Origin: Longimicrobiales bacterium
Lineage (GTDB): Bacteria > Gemmatimonadota > Gemmatimonadetes > Longimicrobiales > Gaopeijiaceae
Length of the DNA stretch: 64,000 nucleotides
Direction of reading: 5' to 3'
NCBI GenBank assembly: GCA_965203485.1
Contig: OZ241892.1
Coordinates: 224,001 to 288,000 of the forward strand
Below the pieces are notes generated by a model. It worked only from the letters and a program-made list of their open reading frames with translations, made no database searches and had not been told where the DNA came from. The translations under genes and the position numbers were made by a program. The stretch's first letter is position 1. Every line of letters starts with the position of its first letter. This document shows, piece after piece, positions 1-8,982 of this stretch.

Positions 1-326
1 CGCGCGGCGGCGTCCCGGACGTCGAAGGCCGCCGACCGTGCCGACTCCCGCACGTTCCGGGCGCGAATCCACTCCTCCCGCAGCAACGGCAACCCCTCCT
101 TGGGATCGCATCCGGCCGGGCCGGCCGTGTCGTAGACTCGCAGGGGCGGCTCGCCTCCCGAAAGGATGATTTCGCGCATTGGAACGCCCACGCCGCCGGG
201 GCCTTCGACGAACACGCGGCGCGACGAGGGGAAGGCGTCCCCGTACGTGGATGCTTCGCCGTCCGCCACCGGGTTGCCGGCCGCCGGACCGTCGGTTGCG
301 GAACGGGCGCTTCTGGGCTTGATCAT
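1..326 (-). CDS. thiC: Phosphomethylpyrimidine synthase ThiC, N-terminal part (runs off the window start)
   Basis: Manual translation from ATG at 326: ...DAFPSSRRVFVEGPGGVGVPMREIILSGGEPPLRVYDTAGP...KEGLPLLREEWIRAR, which matches the ThiC N-terminal pattern (FPxSRK/RxYV, VPMREI, YDTSGP, GLPxLRxxWI). Not in the ORF track because it is truncated. Confidence 0.85.
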   Translation of the reverse strand, partial: MIKPRSARSATDGPAAGNPVADGEASTYGDAFPSSRRVFVEGPGGVGVPMREIILSGGEPPLRVYDTAGPAGCDPKEGLPLLREEWIRARNVRESARSAAFDVRDAAA

Positions 327-775
327 CGTGCAACGGTCCCTTCGGCCGTAGGCCACGCCGCCGCGCGATGCGTCGGCGCCGCCGGTTGGTGGGCCGGGCC
401 GTCGCGCTCCCTGGGCCGCTGGGTCTGCGGAGCCCGACGCGATCGCCGACGAAGCGGCCCGGCGACCCGGCCAAGTTAGGGCCGTCGACTGCGAGAGGCG
501 AACAAGGCCGCGGGGCGGACCCGGCACGGCGGGCCGGCGCGAACGCTCGTTCAGCGGGAGACGGCCGACTTGTTCTTGATCGAGCAGGAAGCCGATTGCC
601 GAGCAAGCAGTCGCGGCCGTGGGCGAGTCGAGACGGCGGACTCGAGAAGATCGAGGCGCGTTGTTTCGAGCGTTCTCGTTCGCCGCGCGGCCAAGGTGGG
701 CGAGTCGCGCTCGCGGGCGGCCCCACACCTCGGCGGGCGGCTCTTCGCTGGTTCGTTTGGGCAGGTCCGGCCTGG

Positions 776-1882
776 CTAGCGCGCGCCGCCGGCGACGGCC
801 AAGCCGGCGCGGACGAACGCCCACTGCAGCCGCATCTGGTCGGCAACGGGCATTGGCGCCAGCCCCGCTTCGGCGGCCTCGCGGCTCACGGACCTTGTCG
901 CGGCGCAGGGCTGGCCGCCGCCACGACCCTTGCGACCGGGTCCCTCGGCGCCGGTTGCTTCTCGGCGGCCCGCGTCGGCGGCCGCGATGCGGGCATCCCA
1001 TTCGGCGATGCGTTCCTTCCACCGCTCCAACGCCGGATCCGGCGGTCCCAGAGTCTCGCCCACGCCGGGGAGCAAGAACAGCGGCATCTCGGTCACCAGC
1101 GTGAGCGTATCGCCGCCGAGCGCTCGAATCGCTTCCATGGAACTCGGCCTGAAGCGATCCGCCGTGCCGAACTCGCCCCTGGCCGAGAAGTGGCGCCTCA
1201 TCGCCTCCGAATCGGGCCGGCAGCAGAAGCCGGGCGCCAAGCGATGGAAGCCCTTCTCGCCCCGCCTGTCCACGTCGTGGAGCACGTATCCCATCCGACG
1301 CACCAAGCCTGCCAGCCGGCGGCCCGCTCCAGCGAAGCGGTCCCACCAGGAGGGCTCCAGCAGGAAGTACGGTCCCGCCGCCACGCTCATGCCGTGGAAG
1401 CTGGCGTGGAGATCGAACGGGCCGGCGGTTCTCCACCACGCGGCCGCTGCCCGGTTCTCCGGCCGGGCGCCGACGTCGCCGGTGGACCTGGGAAAGCCGA
1501 ACTCGACGTCGTCTCCCGGAAGCTCGCGGACCCTGTGGCGGAGGTAGGACGCGAAGTCGTACCGGCTCGCGTTCGTCCTTTGCCACGGCGCGTTTCGTGC
1601 TGCGCCGTCCGGGTTGACGTGAGGGACGACGTGCCACGTCGCCGCGCGCCGCAAGGAGGCCCCGTCGGCGCTCGCCAAGTAGCCGGCCAGACGCCGCAGA
1701 AAGCGAGGGCCTACGGGTTCGTCGGCGTGGCAACCGCCCAACAGGCTGACGCGCAAGCGTCCCCCGCCGACGCGCAATGCCTCGATGGGCCGCCCTTCGC
1801 GCGAGCGCCCTATCACGTCCATGGGCGGCCGGGGCCTGCCGCTTGCCAGAATGGAATCGGCTTCCCGACTATACGCCTCCAT
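776..1882 (-). CDS. M14 family zinc carboxypeptidase
   Basis: IGRSREGRPI, Zn motif GCHADEP, VPHVNPDG, HASFHGM, VTEMP. Start uncertain (1882 or 1963). Confidence 0.8.
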   Translation of the reverse strand: MEAYSREADSILASGRPRPPMDVIGRSREGRPIEALRVGGGRLRVSLLGGCHADEPVGPRFLRRLAGYLASADGASLRRAATWHVVPHVNPDGAARNAPWQRTNASRYDFASYLRHRVRELPGDDVEFGFPRSTGDVGARPENRAAAAWWRTAGPFDLHASFHGMSVAAGPYFLLEPSWWDRFAGAGRRLAGLVRRMGYVLHDVDRRGEKGFHRLAPGFCCRPDSEAMRRHFSARGEFGTADRFRPSSMEAIRALGGDTLTLVTEMPLFLLPGVGETLGPPDPALERWKERIAEWDARIAAADAGRREATGAEGPGRKGRGGGQPCAATRSVSREAAEAGLAPMPVADQMRLQWAFVRAGLAVAGGAR

Positions 1883-2154
1883 TGAGTTCGGAACCTTCGT
1901 CACCGGCCTCACGCTCCCAGCTTCGACGACATGCGCGCCCTGTGCCACGCCATGCTGCACCATAGGACGACGGCTCCAAGCGTGGAAGCGCGCGGGCTAG
2001 GCCGCTTGGCCGGGACGGGGCCCAGGCCGCGTTCCCGGAGCGTCGGTTGCGGCCACGGATGTCCCGTGCGCAACGCCGCGCTGGACCCGCGAGCGACGGG
2101 CGCAGGCGCGAAGGGGCCGCTGTTGCGCCGGCGGGCGCTGGAGGGAGTGGTTGG

Positions 2155-3447
2155 ATGGCACGGTCCGTGACGGCGGCAGGCGCGAGGGCGCCGCTGTTGC
2201 GCTTGTCTTCGGAAGAGGCCGCGATGCTCGACGGCGGCGCCGGGCCGGCGGTCCAGCTGGCGATGCGGATCGTGGTGCGAATGGCCGGCATCCTGGGCGC
2301 GCGCGACCTGGCGAGGATCGCGTCCGCCCACATCGACGGTTGCCTGCACCACGGCGACGGCGGAGTGGAGTTCGCCGAGCGGCTGGTGGAACTCGGGGGA
2401 GCTTCGGCGGTGCCGGCCACGCTGAACGTGGGCGCCCTGGACCTGCTGCATCCTGGGCGCGTGCGGGTTGGCGCGCACAGGCGGCAGATGGCGCTTCGGC
2501 AAATGAGAGCGTACGAGGCGCTCGGCTGCCGTCCCACGTGGACCTGCGCCCCCTACCAAGCCGGACACAGGCCGCGCCTGGGCGAAGACGTGGCTTGGGG
2601 CGAGAGCAATGCCGTGGCCTTCGCCAACTCGGTGCTTGGAGCCCGGACGAACCGGTACGGCGACTTCATGGACATCTGCTGCGCGCTGGCCGGGCGCGCG
2701 CCGCGCACGGGTCTCCACCTCGCCGAGAACCGCCGGGCGACCGTCCTCGTCGAAACGGCCGCCTTGGCGCCCGAGCTCAAGGAGCGCGACGTGTTCTTTC
2801 CGGTCCTGGGGACTTGGCTGGGCCGGGCGGTGGGCGACCGCGTAGCCGTGGTGACGGGGTTGCCCGAGACGACGACGGAGGACCAGCTGAAGGCCATGGG
2901 CGCGGCGGCCGCTTCTTCGGGCGCCGTGGGGCTGTTTCACGTGGAGGCCGTGACGCCCGAGGCGCCGGACGCGACGACGGCCATGGGCGGTGGCCCGGCC
3001 GAGACCGTGCTGGCCGCGGCTCCCCCGACTCTCCGGCGCGTCCGCGACGGCCTGAGCACGGTTCCCGCCGGCCGAATCGACGCCGTCGCCGTCGGCAGCC
3101 CGCACTTCTCCCTTCGCGAGTTCGCCCACTTGGACGCTCTCCTGCCCGCGGCGCCGTTCGCCGTTCCGTTTTATGCGTGCACGGGCAGGCACGAGCACGG
3201 GAGCCTGTCCAAGGCCGGGCGCCTGCGGCGCCTTGAAGACGCGGGCGTGCAGGTCGTCGTGGACACGTGCGTCGTCGTCACCCCCGTGCTGCCGGCGCGC
3301 GGCGGCGTGCTCATGACCAACTCGGGCAAGTTCGCCCACTACACTCCCGCCAACACGGGCTACGGCGTCGTCTACGGCAGCCTGGAGGACTGCGTCGCCT
3401 CCGCGAAGCAGGGACGCGTGGTTCGCGACGAGACGCTGTGGAGCTGA
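2155..3447 (+). CDS. Aconitase X large (catalytic) subunit, DUF521
   Basis: AHIDGCLHHG, TWTCAPY, AWGESNAVAFANSVLGARTNR, GLFHVEAVTPEA, GSPHFS, DTCVVV, MTNSGKFAHY. Confidence 0.9.
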   Translation: MARSVTAAGARAPLLRLSSEEAAMLDGGAGPAVQLAMRIVVRMAGILGARDLARIASAHIDGCLHHGDGGVEFAERLVELGGASAVPATLNVGALDLLHPGRVRVGAHRRQMALRQMRAYEALGCRPTWTCAPYQAGHRPRLGEDVAWGESNAVAFANSVLGARTNRYGDFMDICCALAGRAPRTGLHLAENRRATVLVETAALAPELKERDVFFPVLGTWLGRAVGDRVAVVTGLPETTTEDQLKAMGAAAASSGAVGLFHVEAVTPEAPDATTAMGGGPAETVLAAAPPTLRRVRDGLSTVPAGRIDAVAVGSPHFSLREFAHLDALLPAAPFAVPFYACTGRHEHGSLSKAGRLRRLEDAGVQVVVDTCVVVTPVLPARGGVLMTNSGKFAHYTPANTGYGVVYGSLEDCVASAKQGRVVRDETLWS

Positions 3448-3700
3448 AGGGCCGGATCGGGACCGTCGCGAGCGGCGATCCGCTTCCGAATGGTCCCGTC
3501 GCGTTCACGGGGTTCCGCCTCGGGCACGGCTGGGACGCTCGCGGGCAGCGATCTGCTTCCGGGTGGGTCCCATCCGGCCATGGGAGCGTCCCGAGGGCCG
3601 CCTCATCTTTCTTCCGGGGGCGCCGAGGCCCGCGGCTCGGGCGGGACGACTCGCCGCGCGCTACTTTCTTGACCGAACCAATCCGCCGGAAGGAACGATC

Positions 3701-4177
3701 ATGGAGTACTGGGCCGCAACGTTGACGACGACGGTGATCGTCGGGGGAGCGACGCTCAGCCTGGGACGTTGGTTCGGCAGTCGCCTTGCGGAGATGAGGG
3801 AGGACATGGACCGTCGTTTCCGCGAAGCGGGGGAGGACATGGACCGCCGCTTCGCCGAGGTCGACCGCCGCTTTGGCGAGGTCGACCGCCGCTTCGGCGA
3901 AGTTGACCTCCGCTTCGGCGCAGCCGGAAGAGATGCCGACCGCCGTTTCCGGGAGACGATGGGACTCATTCAGCGTCATGCCGAGGAAAACAGGGAGGCG
4001 CACGCGGCGATCGGGCGGAGCATCAAGGATTCCGAGACGCGCATCGTCACGGTCATGAACCAGCGTTTCGAGGACGCCGGCAAGCGGGTCGACGAGATGA
4101 GCAAGCGGATCGACGATCTGCGGTCCACGGAACTGATTCAGGACCTGAGAAAGCACTTCGGTTCTTCCGGCGGCTGA
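3701..4177 (+). CDS. Small membrane-anchored coiled-coil protein with DRRFxEV heptad repeats
   Basis: RBS AAGGA before the ATG; N-terminal hydrophobic segment; repeated MDRRF/VDRRFGE heptads. Confidence 0.7.
   Translation: MEYWAATLTTTVIVGGATLSLGRWFGSRLAEMREDMDRRFREAGEDMDRRFAEVDRRFGEVDRRFGEVDLRFGAAGRDADRRFRETMGLIQRHAEENREAHAAIGRSIKDSETRIVTVMNQRFEDAGKRVDEMSKRIDDLRSTELIQDLRKHFGSSGG
3825..3955 (+). repeat. Imperfect 21-bp tandem repeats encoding heptads
   Basis: gtcgaccgccgc(t/c)tt(c/t)ggcga(g/a)-type units repeated; translate as DRRFAEV/DRRFGEV/DLRFGAA. Confidence 0.8.
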
Positions 4178-4217
4178 GGCGCCCAGACTGGTGCGGGAGG
4201 GGCGAGAAACGAATGCC

Positions 4218-4736
4218 GTGGAGCTGACCGGCCGGCCGGTCAGCGGCGGCAAGGCCCAAGCGCGGCTGCTCGTGCTGAGCGAGCCTCTGAGCTTCTGGGG
4301 CGGCGTCGATCCTCGCTCAGGGCTCGTCGCGGACCCGCGCCATCCGCATCACGGCGAGAGCCTGCAGGGCCGCATCCTGGTGATGGAACGCACCATCGGC
4401 TCCAGCTCGTCGAGCGCGATCATGCTGGAAATGCTCCGCTCGAGCACCGCGCCGTCCGGGATCGTGGTGGGTGCGCCCGACGCCATTCTGGTGCTGGGCG
4501 TCCTGGTCGCCGAAGAGCTCGGCTATCCCACGATACCGTGTCTCGAAATCGGAACTGGCGCCGCCCGGCGGTTGCGGCGACAAAGCGGATCCTGGGCGGA
4601 ATTGCGGGACGACCGCCTGAGCATCCGGCCGAGAGCGAACCGAACCGGCCGAGTTGCGGACAACGGGGCGGAAGTTGCGCAGACGCAGCCTGCGCACCCC
4701 CGACTTAGCGGCCGATGGAGTCCAGCGGAAGGCTGA
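4218..4736 (+). CDS. Aconitase X small (swivel) subunit, DUF126
   Basis: EPLSFWGGVDPRSGLVADPRHPHHGESLQGRILV...GSSSSS; lies downstream of the large subunit. Confidence 0.88.
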   Translation: MELTGRPVSGGKAQARLLVLSEPLSFWGGVDPRSGLVADPRHPHHGESLQGRILVMERTIGSSSSSAIMLEMLRSSTAPSGIVVGAPDAILVLGVLVAEELGYPTIPCLEIGTGAARRLRRQSGSWAELRDDRLSIRPRANRTGRVADNGAEVAQTQPAHPRLSGRWSPAEG

Positions 4737-5307
4737 CGTTCACCCCGCAGAAATCGCCCGCGACCGTTCCCGAGAGAACGAGTTCTCCGTCGGTTCCGAT
4801 CTCGCCGCGACCGGTCAAGTCCATGTCGAGTGGGCACGAACCGGCCCGGGACGGGTTCGCGACCCGCCAGTCGAAGCCGCCCGTGATCTCGTAGGCCAAG
4901 TCTATGGACTCGAAGAAGCCGTGAACGATGGTCGTCCCTTGCTGGTTCACGCCGGGGGCGCCGTCCAACGTGAAGACGACATCGTCGACATCCATGCCGC
5001 ATTGCGTGAGACCCATGACAAGGTTTACCGCGAGGATGCTGTCGGCGAGGGGATCGGGAGCGACGGACCCGGATACGGCGGCAGTTCCTCCGCGGGGGCA
5101 TGCGAACGTCGTGTCGGACACAGGGGGGCCGACTGCCGTCAATCTCGCAATTCCGTACGCCAACCCCGTGGCCTCGGCTGGGGAAAGCGAGTCCTCGGCA
5201 GCAGGTTCGGCGTTGTTCCCGCACGCCGACAGCGCGGTCGCGCAGGCAAACGCGGCGATGGCGCCGGTCTTCTTCCGGTCGGGAGCGGGCGCAGTGCAGC
5301 GAATCAT
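4705..5307 (-). CDS. Hypothetical lipoprotein
   Basis: Lipobox ALSAC; beta-rich body; RBS GAGGA upstream. Confidence 0.6.
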   Translation of the reverse strand: MIRCTAPAPDRKKTGAIAAFACATALSACGNNAEPAAEDSLSPAEATGLAYGIARLTAVGPPVSDTTFACPRGGTAAVSGSVAPDPLADSILAVNLVMGLTQCGMDVDDVVFTLDGAPGVNQQGTTIVHGFFESIDLAYEITGGFDWRVANPSRAGSCPLDMDLTGRGEIGTDGELVLSGTVAGDFCGVNVSLPLDSIGR

Positions 5308-5344
5308 GGAGTCCTCTCGTCTCGAGTTGGGGCAGACCGCGACA

Positions 5345-6520
5345 TCAGGGCAGAACGTAGCGCTCCAAATGCTGCATTCCGAGTTCGTCCGTGTGCACTA
5401 CGTAGGCCCTGCCGGGGCCGAAGGCCGCGACCCGGCGGCCCGGACGCAGGTGAACCCGGGCCTCGCGCTCGCCCGACGGGCCGAACAGGTCGTAGGCCGA
5501 CGCGGCGTCGGCTCCCGTGTGCACGCGCACCCAAGCGCGGCCGACGGAGTCGACCCTGATCGGCGAATCGTAGAAGGGGGGCAGCGCGTCGGGCCAAGGC
5601 TGGGCGTCGAGATCGGTGTTGGACGGTCCGCCTCGCGACGCCTGCACCGACATCCCGCCGTCGCTCGACTCCGAAATGCCTATGCTGAGGGAACTCCCGG
5701 AGCTGGTTGCCAGCCATTCCTCCTTCTCTTCTCGGCCGATGGGGAGCGGATCGTATTCGACCGGCGGGCCGTGCACGATCGAACCCTCGAGCATGACCCA
5801 CTCGACGCTGTAGTCTTCGGCGCGCGCGATCACCAACCTGCCGTCCTCCGCGACGCCCCACGCGTCGGCCGGCGACAACGGAACCTGCCGCACGGACGCT
5901 CTCCGGTTGTTCTCGGGGCCGGACGAGGTCCGAATTGTCGAGGGCGTCTTGATGCGCGCCAGCGAATCGACGGTCCCGGTGGCCAGGTCCACGCGCAGCA
6001 CGTAGGCGGAGTCCACGCCCGTCCGCATTCCGCCAAAACCGCGGAGATAGACGCGGCCGTCGCGGTCCACTGCGTTCGGCAACGCCAAGATGAGCGGCCG
6101 GCCCGGCGTCATGCCGCCGACCACGAAGGAGCGGGAGTCCTCGAACGCCAGGTCGGGCCCGAGTTCCGTGAGCCTCGAGTTGCCCAGGTCCACCAGCAGC
6201 GTCTTGCCGCCGGGCAGCGGCCACACGGCGTCCGGCTGCATGTACTCGTCCGGGCCGGGGCCGACCCCCCCGAGCGTGTCCGCCGTGCCGGCCTCCATGT
6301 CCGCGAGCGCCAGGACCTGGCCCAGCGGATCGGCCACGAGGACTTTGCCGTCCGGCATCTCGCGCACTGTGCGCACGAGCGCGAACGCCTCCGGGAAGAC
6401 GGCGTCCGGATCGTCCATTTCCAGATGGCTCGCGCCGCCCCCGTCCATCGGCCCTCCGTCGGCGCAACCGGTTGCCAAGATGGCCGACGCAACCAGCGCC
6501 CGTCCCGTCCTCTTCGTCAT
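5345..6520 (-). CDS. Beta-propeller (6-bladed, NHL/TolB-like) lipoprotein
   Basis: Lipobox LATGC; GxGPGEY-like GVGPGPDEY blade; C-terminal TDELGMQHLERY. Confidence 0.7.
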   Translation of the reverse strand: MTKRTGRALVASAILATGCADGGPMDGGGASHLEMDDPDAVFPEAFALVRTVREMPDGKVLVADPLGQVLALADMEAGTADTLGGVGPGPDEYMQPDAVWPLPGGKTLLVDLGNSRLTELGPDLAFEDSRSFVVGGMTPGRPLILALPNAVDRDGRVYLRGFGGMRTGVDSAYVLRVDLATGTVDSLARIKTPSTIRTSSGPENNRRASVRQVPLSPADAWGVAEDGRLVIARAEDYSVEWVMLEGSIVHGPPVEYDPLPIGREEKEEWLATSSGSSLSIGISESSDGGMSVQASRGGPSNTDLDAQPWPDALPPFYDSPIRVDSVGRAWVRVHTGADAASAYDLFGPSGEREARVHLRPGRRVAAFGPGRAYVVHTDELGMQHLERYVLP

Positions 6521-6569
6521 CTTCTCTCCGTTCTTCGCTTGTGTCGAGCCTTCTCTCCGCCCGTTGCCG

Positions 6570-8756
6570 CTACTTGACGAACAACATATCGCGGTAGTTG
6601 GGCAAGGGCCACATGTCGTCGGGGATCACGGCCTCCAAGCGGTCGACGACGTCGCGGACCGCGTTCATGGCCGGAATCACGTTGTCCCTCATGTGGATCG
6701 TCTTGGACGCCATGTCGGCGCCCCCCAGCTCGGCGTTCTGCATGTCCAGCGCGTCGAGCGCGGCCACCAGTTCGTCCACGAGTGCCCCGGTGCGCCGGGC
6801 GGAGGCGGCGAGTCCCTCGGTCGCGAGCCCGGCCCGGTCGGCCTTGTCGCAGGCCGACAGCAACTGGTCGAAGTACCGCACCGCGGCGGGAAGAATCATG
6901 GTGCGGCCCATGCTGGCCGCGGTCTCGCCCTCGATGTTGACCCGGATGAAGTACTGCTCCAGGCGCACTTCGAGGCGCGACTCCAGCTCGCGCGGGCTCA
7001 GCACGCCGAACTTCTCGAACAGCGTTCGGTTCTTGGGCGACGCCATGGCCGGAAGGGCGTCCACGGCGGTGCGCAGGTTGAGCAGGCCTCGCCCCTCGGC
7101 CTCGGCGACCCATTCGGACGAATAGTTGTCGCCGTTGAAGACGATGCGCTTGAACGACTTGGCCTCGCGCGAAAGGAGCTTCCGCAGTGCGTCCTTGCGG
7201 TCGGCGCCCGAGTTGGCGGCTTCCTCCAGCTGCTCGGCCAGCTCGTCGATGGATTCGGCCACGACCGCGTTCAGGACCGTCGCTGGAAACGACACGCTGA
7301 TCGACGACCCCAGGGCCCGGAACTCGAACTTGTTGCCGGTGAACGCGAACGGCGACGTGCGGTTGCGGTCGCCGGAGTGCTTGGGCAGCACCGGCAGCAC
7401 GTCCACTCCCAGGCCCAGCAGTCCTTCGCGGCGTTCCGCCTGGGCGGACCCGGCCCGCTCGAGCTGCTCGAATACGTCCTGTAGCTGGTCGCCCAGGAAC
7501 ACCGAGATGATCGACGGCGGCGCTTCGTTGGCGCCGAGGCGATGGTCGTTGCCGGCGCTGGCGATCGAGGCGCGGAGCAGGTCTTGGTGGCGCTCGACCG
7601 CGCGCAGGACCGCGGTGCAGAAGAAGAGGAACTTCTCGTTGTCGTGCGGCGTGTCGCCCGGCTCGAGCAGGTTGCGGTCGGCAGTGCCGAAGGACCAGTT
7701 GAGGTGCTTGCCGCTCCCGTTGAGGCCCGCGAACGGCTTTTCGTGCAGCAGGCAGACGAAGCCGTACTTGCGGGCGTTCTTCTCCAGGATGCGCATCATC
7801 AGCTGCTGGTGGTCCGACGCCACGTTGGCGTTCTCGTGCACGGGGGCCATCTCGAACTGGTGCGGCGCGACCTCGTTGTGGCGCGTCTTCATCGGAACGC
7901 CGAGGCGGTAGAGGGCGACTTCCACCGACTGCATGAACGCGAGCACGCGGTCGTGAATGGAGCCGAAGTAGTGGTCGTCGAGCTCCTGTCCGCGCGGGGG
8001 CTCCGCTCCGAACAGCGTGCGGCCGGCGGTCATCATGTCGGGCCGCCGGTAGTAGAACTCCTGGTCGATCAGGAAGAACTCCTGCTCGGGCCCCAGACTG
8101 GCCGTGATCCGTCCGCTCTCCTCGCCGAAGAAGCGCAACGCGCGGCGGGCGGCGCGATCCAGCGCATCCATCGACCGCAACAGCGGAATCTTCTTGTCCA
8201 GGCTGTCGCCGGCCCAGCTGGAGAAGGCCGTCGGGATGCACAGGAAGGTCGCGGCCTCGCCCTCGAGGATGAACGCGGGCGACGTCGGGTCCCAGGCGGT
8301 GTATCCCCTCGCCTCGAAGGTGGCGCGCAGGCCGCCGGACGGAAACGACGAGGCGTCGGGCTCTCCCTGCACCAGCTCGGTGCCGCCGAACGCGGTGAGC
8401 GCCCTGCCCTCCTCGCCGACCTTGAGGAACGAGTCGTGCTTCTCGGCCGTGTTGCCGGTGAGCGGCTGGAACCAGTGCGTGTAGTGGGTCGCGCCGCGCG
8501 CGAGCGCCCACTTCTTCATGGCGTCGGCCACCGTCTCGGCGATGGAGGCGTCGAGCGGGCTGCCGTCGCGGATCGTCGCGGTCAGCCGGTCGAAGACGTC
8601 GCCCGGCAGGAAGGCTCGCATTTGGGGGACGCCGAAGGCGTTCTCGCCGAACAGTCGCTCCAGGTAGCCCGGATCGGCGGGGCGGGAGGTCTCGGGATCG
8701 GGTCGCCAAGTCTTCGCGGCCCTCAAGGAGTCGAAGCGTCCTTGGGTGGTGATCAT
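6570..8756 (-). CDS. glnN: Glutamine synthetase type III
   Basis: GATHYTHWFQPLTG, EKHDSF, GEPDASSFPSGGLRATFEARGYTAWD, HNEVAPHQFE, HEKPFAGLNGSGKH, DRNRTSPFAFTGNKFEFR; ~728 aa from ATG 8756. Confidence 0.95.
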   Translation of the reverse strand: MITTQGRFDSLRAAKTWRPDPETSRPADPGYLERLFGENAFGVPQMRAFLPGDVFDRLTATIRDGSPLDASIAETVADAMKKWALARGATHYTHWFQPLTGNTAEKHDSFLKVGEEGRALTAFGGTELVQGEPDASSFPSGGLRATFEARGYTAWDPTSPAFILEGEAATFLCIPTAFSSWAGDSLDKKIPLLRSMDALDRAARRALRFFGEESGRITASLGPEQEFFLIDQEFYYRRPDMMTAGRTLFGAEPPRGQELDDHYFGSIHDRVLAFMQSVEVALYRLGVPMKTRHNEVAPHQFEMAPVHENANVASDHQQLMMRILEKNARKYGFVCLLHEKPFAGLNGSGKHLNWSFGTADRNLLEPGDTPHDNEKFLFFCTAVLRAVERHQDLLRASIASAGNDHRLGANEAPPSIISVFLGDQLQDVFEQLERAGSAQAERREGLLGLGVDVLPVLPKHSGDRNRTSPFAFTGNKFEFRALGSSISVSFPATVLNAVVAESIDELAEQLEEAANSGADRKDALRKLLSREAKSFKRIVFNGDNYSSEWVAEAEGRGLLNLRTAVDALPAMASPKNRTLFEKFGVLSPRELESRLEVRLEQYFIRVNIEGETAASMGRTMILPAAVRYFDQLLSACDKADRAGLATEGLAASARRTGALVDELVAALDALDMQNAELGGADMASKTIHMRDNVIPAMNAVRDVVDRLEAVIPDDMWPLPNYRDMLFVK

Positions 8757-8982
8757 TGTCTCCGTGGCTCTTGGGGGTGGGGTGGATGGAGGCCGGGGTC
8801 GGCGGGCGGGGTGCGCGCGTCGGTGCGCGGACGACGGCGGCTGACTAGGCCGCGTCCATGACGTAGTGAGGACTGGCGCCTTGCTCGTGCTCGCGCGGGC
8901 CGTTCGTTTGGATAAAAGATGGGGCCCGGCGGACGGAAGCGGAAGCACTTTTGGCAGTATTTCATTTAAGTTATTTTTGATT

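Noticed and set aside
327..775. TPP riboswitch upstream of thiC
   Set aside because: Expected by context, but I could not find the conserved GCTGAGA / TGAT-x-GG-TAATGC-x-GCG-AGGGA elements on the minus strand. An Infernal RF00059 search would be needed.
3825..3955. CRISPR-like array
   Set aside because: Contiguous in-frame coding repeats without unique spacers; no cas genes. No CRISPR array was seen anywhere in the window.
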